Made by a program: the position numbers and the translations under genes. From contig CAVZON010000001.1 in assembly GCA_963776925.1 (NCBI GenBank), forward strand, positions 765,875 to 829,874: DNA of 64,000 bases, written 5' to 3'. This DNA comes from an uncultured Chloroflexia bacterium. GTDB lineage: Bacteria; Chloroflexota; Limnocylindria; Limnocylindrales; CSP1-4. The notes under the pieces were generated by a model that did not search any database, was not told the origin of the DNA, and saw nothing but the letters and a program-made list of their open reading frames with translations. Position 1 is the first letter of the stretch; every line of letters starts with the position of its first letter. Below, in pieces: positions 12,558 to 21,858 of this stretch.

Positions 12558-13019
12558 ATGACCACCATTCCTGACAGCGTCCGCGAGTTCGTCGCGGACG
12601 GGCTTTGGGCCCACGTCGTGACGATGAACAAGCATGGCCAGCCCCACGTCAACCTGTGTTGGGCGGGCTTCGATGGCGACGAGATCGTCTTCGCGTCGTT
12701 CTTCGACGCCAAGCGGGCGGCCCGCCTCAGGCGTGACCCACGGGTCACCCTGTCGTTCCAGGCGAAGGGATACGACGGGGGCGGGCTGTTTCCCTACCTG
12801 GTCGTGAACGGCCGGGCGAGCGTCGAGGACGGCGGCGCGCTCGCGGTGATGGACCACCTCGCCGAGTGGTACATCGGTCCGGGCGCCACATACCCGGCTC
12901 GCGACATGCCGGTGGGCTGGACCTTCCGGGTCGTCATCGACAAGATCTACGGCCAGGGTCCGTGGAACGATCGGTGGGTCGAGATGGATCGTGCCAGCCG
13001 CGGAGGCTCTGCCGCCTAA
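12558..13019 (+). CDS. Pyridoxamine 5'-phosphate oxidase (PPOX) family protein, likely F420-dependent class.
   Basis: MTTIPDSVREFVADGLWAHVVTMNKHGQPHVNLCWAGFDGDEIVFASF...RVTLSFQ. AGGA sits 9 nt upstream of the ATG at 12558. Divergent from the FMN reductase. Confidence 0.75.
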   Translation: MTTIPDSVREFVADGLWAHVVTMNKHGQPHVNLCWAGFDGDEIVFASFFDAKRAARLRRDPRVTLSFQAKGYDGGGLFPYLVVNGRASVEDGGALAVMDHLAEWYIGPGATYPARDMPVGWTFRVVIDKIYGQGPWNDRWVEMDRASRGGSAA

Positions 13020-13149
13020 TCGGATGTCGGTCGCGGTGCGGTCACGGAACCGTCACGCCACCGTCGTCAGGGCGACATCGCCGACCTCGAACCTGCGCCC
13101 ATGACGCCGACGAGAACCGTCGGCCGACACGGGACCAAGGAGGTTCGGG

Positions 13150-13566
13150 ATGCGACGACTAATGGTGAGTGCCACGGTGCTGGGGATCGCCCTGATGGCC
13201 ATCGCAGGGCCGGTGAGCGCGCGATCGTTCGGTGCGGTCTACGCCGATGACACGGTCTACCGGGTGTTCGGCAATGCGGCCAATGTGCCAGACGGGACGG
13301 GCACCGACCCGTTCGCCACGTTCACCAACTCGACCAACGACGACCAGCTCGGCGTCGCGGCGTTCGCGCCGGGCTCGGCGGGCGGGCACCACGGCGGCCG
13401 CTGGGCGGTCTATCGCGCGACCTGGACGACGGGTGATCCGTCCAGCCTGGTGACGAGCTGGGCCGAGCTGCAGGCCTACGTCGACAGCGGCCAGCTGTCG
13501 CTGGTCCGCGACGCCGCCGCCGACTTCCGCTGCCCGGTGCTCGGGAACGGCGAGCCCATCGGCTGA
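13150..13566 (+). CDS. Secreted hypothetical protein with signal peptide.
   Basis: AAGGAGG RBS. MRRLMVSATVLGIALMAIAGPVSA signal peptide. Mature part has Cys ...FRCPVLG. A hairpin GCCGACG-agaac-CGTCGGC lies upstream at about 13110. Confidence 0.55.
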   Translation: MRRLMVSATVLGIALMAIAGPVSARSFGAVYADDTVYRVFGNAANVPDGTGTDPFATFTNSTNDDQLGVAAFAPGSAGGHHGGRWAVYRATWTTGDPSSLVTSWAELQAYVDSGQLSLVRDAAADFRCPVLGNGEPIG

Positions 13567-13617
13567 GCATCGACCACGATCACGGCCGCGCGACGCCATC
13601 GACGGGTCGCGCGGCCG

Positions 13618-14490
13618 TCAGCCCACGCTTCGGACGTCGAGGACGCGGCCCCAGTGGAAGACGCGCACGGCGAGGAGCACGCCGAGCGCGGCCAGGATGA
13701 GGATCGCCGCCGCCGCCACCGAGGCATCGAGGTCGCCGGCCTGGAACTCGGCGTAGACGACGAGCGGCAGCGTCTGGGTCCGGCCCTCGATGTTGCCGGC
13801 GAACATGATCGTCGCGCCGAACTCCCCGAGGGCCCGCGCCCAGCTCATGACGATCCCGGCCGCCAGCGTGCCGGCGGCGAGCGGCACGGTGATCCGCCGG
13901 AACAGGTACCGCTCCGAGGCCCCATCGACCCGCGCCGCGTCCTCGATCTCGCGGTCGACCGCGACCAGGCCCGCGCGCGCCGAGCGGATGAAGAACGGCG
14001 CAGCCACGAACGTCTGGGCGAGGACCACGGCGACGATCGTGAACGGGATCTCGATGCCGGCGACGGCCAGCGTCTCGCCGATGATCCCGCGTCGACCGAA
14101 CACGAGCAGCAGCGCCAGGCCCGCGACCGACGGCGGCAGGACGATCGGCAGGTCGACGACGGACTCGACCAGCCACTGCCCACGAAATCGGCGGCGCGCC
14201 AGGACGAAGGCGAGCGGCAGGCCGAGCACGACGACGAGCACGAGGCTGACGGCGGTCGTGACCAGGCTGAGCGCCAGCGCGGTGAGCACGACCTCGGAGG
14301 TGAGCGCGATCCCGATCGCGCCGTTGGCGATGGCCCGGACGGTGAGGGCGACGACGGGCAGCCCGAGGAACAGCGTCGCCACCGTCGCCACGAGCACGAC
14401 GACGCGATCGCCCCAGCCGCGACGCGGTCGGCTCGGCGGTCGTCCCGCGATGGCCTCGCCCGCGGGCTGGCTGCCGGCGATGCTGGTCAC
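13618..14490 (-). CDS. modB: Molybdate ABC transporter permease ModB.
   Basis: 290-aa intact polytopic ORF. ...FGRRGIIGETLAVAGIEIPFT..., ...ARALGEFGATIMFAGN... matches the ModB/CysTW permease family signature. Confidence 0.85.
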   Translation of the reverse strand: MTSIAGSQPAGEAIAGRPPSRPRRGWGDRVVVLVATVATLFLGLPVVALTVRAIANGAIGIALTSEVVLTALALSLVTTAVSLVLVVVLGLPLAFVLARRRFRGQWLVESVVDLPIVLPPSVAGLALLLVFGRRGIIGETLAVAGIEIPFTIVAVVLAQTFVAAPFFIRSARAGLVAVDREIEDAARVDGASERYLFRRITVPLAAGTLAAGIVMSWARALGEFGATIMFAGNIEGRTQTLPLVVYAEFQAGDLDASVAAAAILILAALGVLLAVRVFHWGRVLDVRSVG

Positions 14491-15340
14491 GAGGCGGGTG
14501 GCAGGAATCCGAACCCGGCGAGGATCGCCTGGCCGTCCGGACCGGCGATCCAGTCGAGGAAGGCTCGCGCCGCTTCCACGTTCGGTGAGGCCTTGACGAC
14601 GACCCCGGCGTACGTCGCCGGGACGTTGACGTCATCGGCGACCTCGATGGTGGCGACCTTGTCGGACGCCGCCGCATCCGTCACGTAGACGATCGCCGCG
14701 TCGCCTTCACCCAGCTCGATCTTGGTGCGGACGGCGGCGACGTTGTCCTCCTTGGAGGCGACGTTGGCCGCGTAGGCCGCAGCGAAGTCGGCCGGGGCGC
14801 CCGGCGCCGCGGCGAGGTTCTCGACGAGCTGCGTCGCGTACTTGGTGATCGGCACCTCGTCGCCGGCGGCGATGACGCGCACGCCGGCCTTGCCGAGGTC
14901 GAACGGCGTGGTCAGCCCGCCGGGATTCGTCGTCGGGGTGATGACCGTCAGCTCGTTGCCGGCGAACGGGACCGGGTCGCCGTCGGCCAGCCCGGCGTCG
15001 ACCAGCTTCTGCGGGTTGGTCGTGTCGGCCGACAGGAAGACGTCCGCCGGAGCGCCCTCGGTGATCTGGGTGGCCAGCGCGGCGGACGAGTCCGTCGAGA
15101 TGGTCAGCGTCGAGCCCGGGTTGGCCGCCTCGTAGGCGGTCTTGACCTCGTCGAGGACCTTGGCCAGCGAGGCGGCCCCGAAGATCGTCAGGTCGACGGC
15201 GGCCGCGCTCGGCGCCGCACTCGGAGCTTCGCTCGGGCGCGGTCGATGGGGCGACGGACGGCGCCGATGACGCTCCGCCACTCGAGCACGCCGCGACGAT
15301 CACGGCCAGGGTCGCGAGCGAGGACGAGGCGGCGACGCAT
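14487..15340 (-). CDS. modA: Molybdate-binding lipoprotein ModA. Two frameshifts in the signal peptide/lipobox region (15250-15320).
   Basis: Mature part ...VDLTIFGAASLAKVLDEVKTAYEAANPGSTLTISTDSSAALATQITEGAPADVFLSAD... The ATG at 15340 gives MRRRLVLA. A second frame gives ATLAVIVAACSSGG (lipobox). A third frame gives the mature protein. The ATG directly follows the TAG of the upstream regulator. Confidence 0.8.
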
Positions 15341-15769
15341 CTAGCGGGACTCCCTGCGGGCGGCCGGGATCTCGACGATCACGTTCGTGGCCTTGACGAC
15401 GCACACGGCCTCGTCACCGACCTTGAGATCCAGCTCGTGGACCGCCTCCGCGGTCATCAGGCTGACGAGGCGATGTGGCCCGGCCTGGACCTCGACCACC
15501 GCGGCCACCCGGTCGACCTCGACCCGGGTCACGACCCCGGCGAAGGTGTTCCGAGCCGACCGGGCGACCGTCGGACGCTCCCCTCCGCTCGCGCGGCGTT
15601 CGGCGGCCAGCCTGGTCACCTCGGACAGCGGGACGAGCCGCTGGCCGCCGGCTGACCGCTCGACGCGGATCCGGCCCTCGCGCTCCCAGCGCCGCAAGGT
15701 CTCGACCGAGACCTGCAGCATCTCGGCCGCCTGGCCGAGTCGGAGTCCATCGCCAGCGTGATCGTCCAT
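15341..15769 (-). CDS. ModE-like regulator: N-terminal MerR/excisionase-type HTH plus C-terminal TOBE (molybdopterin-binding, Mop) domain.
   Basis: MDDHAGDGLRLGQAAEMLQVSVETLRRWEREGRI (HTH) ...NTFAGVVTRVEVDRVAAVVEVQAGPHRLVSLMTAEAVHELDLKVGDEAVCVVKATNVIVE (TOBE). Stop abuts the modA ATG. Confidence 0.7.
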   Translation of the reverse strand: MDDHAGDGLRLGQAAEMLQVSVETLRRWEREGRIRVERSAGGQRLVPLSEVTRLAAERRASGGERPTVARSARNTFAGVVTRVEVDRVAAVVEVQAGPHRLVSLMTAEAVHELDLKVGDEAVCVVKATNVIVEIPAARRESR

Positions 15770-15815
15770 AGCTAGGGATTGTGGCACGTGACGCGTCGAA
15801 TCGCTAGCTATCGAT
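15766..15815. promoter_or_regulatory. AT-rich palindromic element overlapping the start of the ModE-like gene. Candidate operator.
   Basis: ATAGCTAG (15768-15775) and its exact reverse complement CTAGCTAT (15806-15813) flank CACGTG/ACGCGT palindromes. Unusually AT-rich for this DNA. Confidence 0.35.
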
Positions 15816-15995
15816 GCGGCTTGAGTCGAGGCCCGCGACGGTCGGCCGCAACGACCGTGGACGTTCGTCGTGGCCGCGGCACGACGCACGCGGATGGCCG
15901 CCGTGCGCGCCGGCCGCGAGTGTCAGCACCACGGACGCGACCCTCGACTTCTGCCGCGCCCGCGCACATGCCACTGAGGAACCAAAGAGACCACC

Positions 15996-16595
15996 ATGGA
16001 TCGCACCACCCAGACTCGGGCCGCTGCGGGGTTCGTCATCGCCGGCGCCCTCGTCGTCGGCATGTTCGCCGCGGCGGGAGTCGCCGCAAACAACGACCCG
16101 GCACCGTATCCGACCCTCGCGCCGTTCGTCACACCCGCCCCGGTCGTCACGCCGGCCCCGTACCCGGCACCGACCGCGAACCCCACGCCCGTCCCGACCG
16201 CGACGCCCCCGGCGACGCAGGTCCCCGACGGCTTCATCGTCCATCTCGACACGGCCGATGCCAATGACGTGTCCGTCGTCATCGACGACGCGACCGGCTC
16301 GATCGTCGGCGCCCAGTCCGGGCGTGCGGCCGACGGCATGTCCGTCCGCTGGAACGACATCGTCGTCGAGAACGTCGACGAGGACACGCTGCGCCTGACC
16401 TGGGCCGGCTGGCCGATCGACGAGGTCATCACGGTCGCGGTCGCCGCCGACGGCGATGGCTACGCCCTGACCTTCACCCAGAAGATGCCCTACGAGAACA
16501 CCGATGCGATGGGCGCGGACCGCGTCCTCATCATCGACGTCGCCACAGCCGTCTCGGCCGCGGACGTCAGCGCCAGGTTCGTTCCCGGCGCCTGA
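15996..16595 (+). CDS. Hypothetical membrane-anchored or secreted protein with Pro/Thr/Ala-rich linker.
   Basis: GAGGAA RBS. N-terminal hydrophobic segment FVIAGALVVGMFAAAGVAA. PAPYPTLAPFVTPAPVVTPAPYPAPTANPTPVPTATPPATQ linker, then a globular C-terminal domain. Intact 199-aa ORF. Confidence 0.5.
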   Translation: MDRTTQTRAAAGFVIAGALVVGMFAAAGVAANNDPAPYPTLAPFVTPAPVVTPAPYPAPTANPTPVPTATPPATQVPDGFIVHLDTADANDVSVVIDDATGSIVGAQSGRAADGMSVRWNDIVVENVDEDTLRLTWAGWPIDEVITVAVAADGDGYALTFTQKMPYENTDAMGADRVLIIDVATAVSAADVSARFVPGA

Positions 16596-16626
16596 TCCCC
16601 CTCGTCCGAACGGCGACGCGCGCCCG

Positions 16627-16660
16627 GCACGTTCCCCCACGTGCCGGGCGTCGTCATGCC
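16627..16660. terminator. Bidirectional stem-loop between convergent genes.
   Basis: GCCCGGCACGT-tccccc-ACGTGCCGGGC, a perfect 11-bp stem. Confidence 0.5.
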
Positions 16661-16682
16661 TGGCGCGATCGCGGCTGGCGGG

Positions 16683-17073
16683 TCAGCCCTTGCGTTCGAG
16701 GATCGGCCGGGCGATGTCCGGCTTGTCGACGACGAACGCGAACATCGCGCGGTCGCCCCACCGGCCCAGGAACAGGTGGCCGTAGATGTTGACGCCGGCA
16801 TCGGCAAGCGCTCGCGACAGGCGCGCCATCCCACCCGGTCGGTCGTCGACCTCGGTCACGAGCGACTCGCCCTCGATGTAGGTGTAGCCCTCCTCGTCGA
16901 GGACCGCCTTGGTCGCCTCGTCGTCGGCGGTGGTCATGATCACGTGGCCGGAGTCGCCGATGCTGCCCGCCACCGATCGCGCGCAGGTCCACGCCGCGGG
17001 CCGCCAGCGCCTCGGCCAGGGTGGCCATCGCGCCGGGCTCGTTCTTCAGCTGGACCACGAATTGGTTGGCCAT
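16683..17073 (-). CDS. Tandem ACT-domain protein. Frameshift near 16975.
   Basis: MANQFVVQLKNEPGAMATLAEALAARGVDLRAIGGG (ACT 1, 17073 frame). Then ...HVIMTTADDEATKAVLDEEGYTYIEGESLVTEVDDRPGGMARLSRALADAGVNIYGHLFLG... (ACT 2, 16683 frame). Confidence 0.6.
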
Positions 17074-17156
17074 GACGGTGCACGTCCTCCGGCGGGGCGA
17101 CTGGGTACGCGGATTCTACCCGCGCGCGCACGGTCGCCTTGGTACCGTCCTGAACG

Positions 17157-18020
17157 ATGACCGATCGAACCCTGCCCATCGCCGTGGCGAGCGTCCTCGA
17201 CGACCCGCCACCGGGCGAGCGCCTGACCGTCGATGCCGCCGGGATCACCTACTCGGCGCTGGCCTGGGGCGACCCGATCGGACGACCGCTGCTCCTCCTC
17301 CACGGCGTGACGAGCTCGGCCGGCAACTGGTGGCGCGTCGGTCCTGCCCTCGCCGCGACCGGGCGCCGTGTCGTCGCCCCGGACCTGCCCGGTCACGGGC
17401 TGACCGGGAACTGGCGCGGGCAGGTGCGCTTCCGTGACAACGCGGCCGGGCTCATCGACTTCGCCGATCGCGCCGGCCTCGTCAGCGACGACCTCCAGGT
17501 CGTCGGGCACAGCTGGGGCGCGGTCACCGCAGCCGCCTTCCCGGTCGCCGGGCTCCGGCCGGCCACGATCGTCCTCGTCGATCCGCCGGCCCTGCCGTTC
17601 GCGCTCATCGCCCAGAAGGCGACCGATCCCACCGAACACGGCTACGACGACCTCGACGAGGCGATCGCGTCCGTGCGTGCCGCCAATCCCGACTGGTCCG
17701 ATGGCGACGTCCGCAACAAGGCCGAGGCGCTGACCCAGGTGGACGAGATCGCCGCGCGCGCGGTCGTCCTCGACAACGGCGACTGGGATGGCGGCCTGGC
17801 CGATCTCGAGGATCCGGCGGCCGACGGCCTGGACATCTGGGTCGTCCGGGGCGATCCGAACGCCGGCGGCTACCTGCCCGACGCGCTGGATCCCGCGGTT
17901 CGCCGCCCGCATCGGGGCGGACCACATCCTGACCATCAAGGGCGCGCCGCACTCGCCGATGCGCACCCACCCCGTCGAGACGACGGCCGACATCCTGCGC
18001 GCGCTCGAGGAGGACTGGCA
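17157..18020 (+). CDS. Alpha/beta hydrolase fold protein. Frameshift near 17880. The 3' end is approximate.
   Basis: ...RPLLLLHGVTSSAGNWWRVGPALAATGRRVVAPDLPGHGLT...VVGHSWGAV (GxSxG nucleophile elbow). After ...GGYLPDAL the reading continues in the 17788 frame (...IGADHILTIKGAPHSPMRTHPVETTADILRALEEDW). Confidence 0.7.
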
Positions 18021-19524
18021 GCCGACGTCGTCACGGCCCGGCGCAGGGCGACGGCCCGCCGGTACGCCTCGACGTAGCGCGGCGCCGATCCGGTCACCCA
18101 GTCGAAGTCGACGGCCATGCCGCGGTCGAGCAGGCCCTCCCAGGCCGCCGCGTCGGCCCGTAGCGCCGCCGCCTGGTCGCACGCCCAGACCAGACCGTCG
18201 ACGGTCGCATCGTCGAACACGAACCCGGTCCCGGCGCCGGGAGCCGACGTCTCGTCGACGACGGTGTCGGCCAGCCCGCCCGTGCGATGGACGATCGGCG
18301 GCGTCCCGTAGCGCAGCGCGATCATCTGGCCCTGCCCGCAGGGCTCGAATCGCGACGGCATCGCGAAGCAGTCGGCGCCGGCGTAGATGCGCCGGGCCAT
18401 GGCCCGGTCGAACGCCTCGATGAACGCGACGCGGCCCGGCGACGCCGCCGGCCAGCGCCCGGAACGGGTCGGCCAGCGACGGGTGGCCCGCACCCTGGAC
18501 GACGAGCCGCCAGCCACGACGAAGGAGCATCGGCGCGGCATCGGCCAGGAGGTCGAAGCCCTTCTGCGGGTCGAGCCGGCCGATCATGCCCGAGCACCGG
18601 CCCCGGGTCCTCCGGGTCCATCCCGACGCGGGTCGAGCAGATCGGCGCGACAGGTGGCCATGCCCGCTCGGTCGGAGCGCGCAGTACGGCGCCGCAAGGT
18701 CCGCGTCGCGCGCTGGGTCCCAGACGCTCGTGTCGAGCCCGTTGAGGATGCCGATGAACCGGTCGCCCGAGCCCGCGCAGCTGCGCCGTCCAGGCCCATC
18801 CCGAACTCGGGCGTCAGCGCCTCGCGGGCATAGCCCGGCGAGACGGTGTTGACCAGCTCGGCGTCCTCGATGGCGGCGGCGAGCAGGTCGATGCCGTCCG
18901 CGTTCTGGCCCGGCGCCCCGTCGCCGGGACGCGAGCCCGAGCTGGCGGCACGGCCGGGTTGGCGGTCCAGCCGTGGTAGGCGAGGTTGTGCAGGGTCGTC
19001 GACGATCGCCGCTCGTCCGACGATCGGATCGTCGGCGTAGCGCAGCGCGCGGAAGACCGCGACCGGGCCCGCCTGCCAGTCGTGGAGGTGGAGGACGTCG
19101 ACCGGCCGCCCGTCGGCGCGGAGTGCCTCCAGCGCCGCCCGCCCGTACAGCCCGAACCGCCACGCGTTGTCGGCGTAGTCGCCGGCCGCGTCGCCGTACA
19201 ACCCGGCGCGGTCGAAGGCCGCGGGGATGGTCGACGAGGCGCAGCCGGTAGCCATCGGCCGCGACGTCGCGGACCGTGACCTCGGTGACGCCGGTCCGCG
19301 CCCGTGGGTCGGGGACGCGGATCAGCGCGCTCGTCGATCGACCGCGTCCGCGTCGGGCTCGGGGACGCCCCGGTAGTCGCGGCAGGAACACGTCGACCGG
19401 TCCGTCGATCGTCGTCGCCGAGCCGGCCGAGCGCCCGCGCCAGGGCGTCGGTCACATCGGCCAGGCCGCCCGTCTTGGCCCATGGCTCGCACTCGGAGGT
19501 CAGGAACGCCACGCGCAGCCCCAT
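17936..19524 (-). CDS. glgA: Glycogen (alpha-1,4-glucan) synthase GlgA-type glycosyltransferase. At least three frameshifts.
   Basis: MGLRVAFLTSECEPWAKTGGLADV (KTGGL motif) at 19524. Middle part ...DVLHLHDWQAGPVAVF...IVTLHNLAYHGW... C-terminal part ...IYAGADCFAMPSRFEPCGQGQMIALRYGTPPIVHRTGGLADTV... These sit in three different minus frames. Confidence 0.8.
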
Positions 19525-19641
19525 CGATGGGCATGGTACGGGCGCGCTCGTGGCACCGTCGCCGTGGCGCACGCACCGACCGTGCCGGCAGGCGGTCCGG
19601 GCGCCTAAACCGGTTCACGCACGAGCGCCGACCGGGCTATC

Positions 19642-21858
19642 ATGCGCGGCCTATGGACCCCGTCCACATCCCGTCGCTGCCCGGCGGCGTCCTTCCCGCT
19701 CCCGCCGCGACTCGAGGGTCTCCGGCGACTCGCCTACAACCTGCATTGGGCGTGGCACCCGCGGACGCGCAACCTGTGGAGCCTGATCGACCGGACGGCG
19801 TGGAACCGCTACCGGAACCCGATCCCGGTCATCAGCGGTCCGACCGAGTGGTCGCAGGTCCTCGACGACGACAAGTTCCTGGCCGAGTACCACGACGTCC
19901 TGGCCGACTTCGACCGCTACATGGCCAACGGCTCCGACCACTGGTTCCAGCGGACCCACGGCGATGCGCTCCGCGGTCCGATCGCCTACTTCTGTGCCGA
20001 GTACGGCGTCCACGAGTCGCTCGGCATCTACTCCGGCGGCCTCGGCGTCCTCGCCGGCGACCACATGAAGTCGGCCAGCGACATGGCCCTGCCGTTCCTC
20101 GGGGTCGGCCTGCTCTACCGCAAGGGCTACTTCCGGCAGCGATCGACGCCGACGGCCACCAGGAGCACGACTACCCCGACTACGACCTGATCGCGGCTGC
20201 CCCTGTCGCGGGTCCAGGATGCGAACGGCACGCCCCTGACGATCAGCGTCGAGCTGCCCGGGCGCGACCTGTCGGTCGCCGTGTGGCTCGCCCAGGTCGG
20301 ACGCGTGCCGGTCCTGCTGCTCGACACCGACGTGCCGGCGAACGCCGTCGAGGACCGGCCGATCACCCACATCCTGTACGTCCGCGGCCGCGAGATGCGG
20401 CTCCACCAGGAGCTCGTCCTCGGCATCGGCGGCGTCCGCGCGATCCGCGCGCTCGGGCTGGAGCCGGCGGTCTGGCACCTCAACGAGGGCCACTCCGCGT
20501 TCCTGCTCGCCGAGCGTGCCCGCGAGTACGTCGGCGAGGGGCTGCCGCTCGACGACGCGTGGCGGCGGGTCAGGCGCGACAGCGTGTTCACCATCCACAC
20601 GCCGGTCTCGGCCGGCAACGAGCGCTTCGACGCCGACCTCGTCCGGCGCGTGGCCGGTCCCCTGCTCGATGCCGGCGACGTGCCGGTCGAGCGCGTCCTG
20701 GACCTCGGGCTCGGCATCGACGGCGACCGCGGCCAGTTCGACATGACGGCCTTCAGCCTGCGCCTGACCAACGGCGCCAACGCGGTCAGCCAGCTCCACG
20801 CGGAGACCGCGAACTCGACCTGGCAGGGGGTCATCGAGCACGCCGATCCTGGGCATCACCAACGGCGTCCACTCGCCGACCTGGGTCGGCTCGCCGATCG
20901 TCGAGCTGCTCGAGCGCCAGCTCGACGCCGACCTCGACCAGGTCGACGACGAGCGTCGAGGCAGGATCCGTTCTGGGATCGCCTCGGTGCGCATCCCGGC
21001 GGGTGAGCTGTGGGAGGCCCACCTGCGCCAGAAGCGCGAGCTGGCGATCTTCGCCCGCGGCCGGCTGCGCAGCCAGTTCGCCCGCCACGGCGAGGCGCCG
21101 GCCGTCCTGGCCGAGATCGACGACGCCTTCGACCCGGCGATCATGACCATCGGCTTCGCCCGGCGCTTCGCGACCTACAAGCGGGCCGGCCTGCTGTTCA
21201 GCGACATCGACCGCCTGGCCCGGCCTGCATCTGGGACGCCGACCGCCCGGTCCAGATCGTGTTCGCGGGCAAGGCCCACCCCGCCGACCGACCCGGGCCA
21301 GGCGCGTCATCCAGGAGATCTTCCAGCGCTCGCGCTCGCCGCAGCTCCGCGGCCGCGTGTTCATCCTCGAGGACTACGACATGCGCGTCGGGCGGTTCCT
21401 CGTCCAGGGCGTCGATGTCTGGCTCAACAACCCGCGCCGGCCGCTCGAGGCGTCCGGGACGTCGGGCATGAAGGCCGCCCAGAACGGCGTGCCCAACATC
21501 AGCGTCCTCGACGGCTGGTGGGACGAGGGCTTCGACGGCGACAACGGCTGGGCCATCGGCGGTCGCGAATCGGACCCCGACGAGGCGGCCCAGGACTGGG
21601 CCGACGCCCAGGACCTGTACCGGCCTGCTCGAGGAGCGAGATCATCCCGCGCTACTACGAGCGCGACGCGGCCGGGCATCCCGCTCGCGCTGGGTGGAGG
21701 TCATGCGCCGCTCGATGTCGACCTCGCTGTGGCGCTTCTCGACGACGCGGATGCTCCACGAGTACACGGAGCAGCTGTACCTGCCGGCGGCCGGCGGTGC
21801 CCGGTCGTCCGAGCCGCCGGAGCCCGTCACCGCCGTCACCGAAGCCGGGCTGAGCGCC
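19642..21858 (+). CDS. glgP: Alpha-glucan family phosphorylase (GlgP/maltodextrin phosphorylase). Multiple frameshifts. No stop codon before the downstream GH57 domain.
   Basis: ...LAYNLHWAWHPRTRNLW..., ...FCAEYGVHESLGIYSGGLGVLAGDHMKSASDM..., ...VNGVHS..., and the PLP-lysine motif GTSGMKAAQNGVPNISVLDGWWDE, spread over about 6 frames/ORFs. C-terminus ...RMLHEYTEQLYLPAA then runs on in frame. Confidence 0.8.

Noticed and set aside
17046-21150. Very long antisense ORFs (17046..19391(-), 19482..21146(+), 19651..21150(-)) and similar ones at 27403..29358(-), 28757..29803(-), 28922..32563(+), 30042..31799(-).
   Set aside because: Arg/Pro/Gly-dominated and lacking motifs. They lie opposite to or out of frame with genes that have clear conserved motifs (glgA, glgP, GH13-like, DUF885). 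Long stop-free antisense frames are expected at this GC content.
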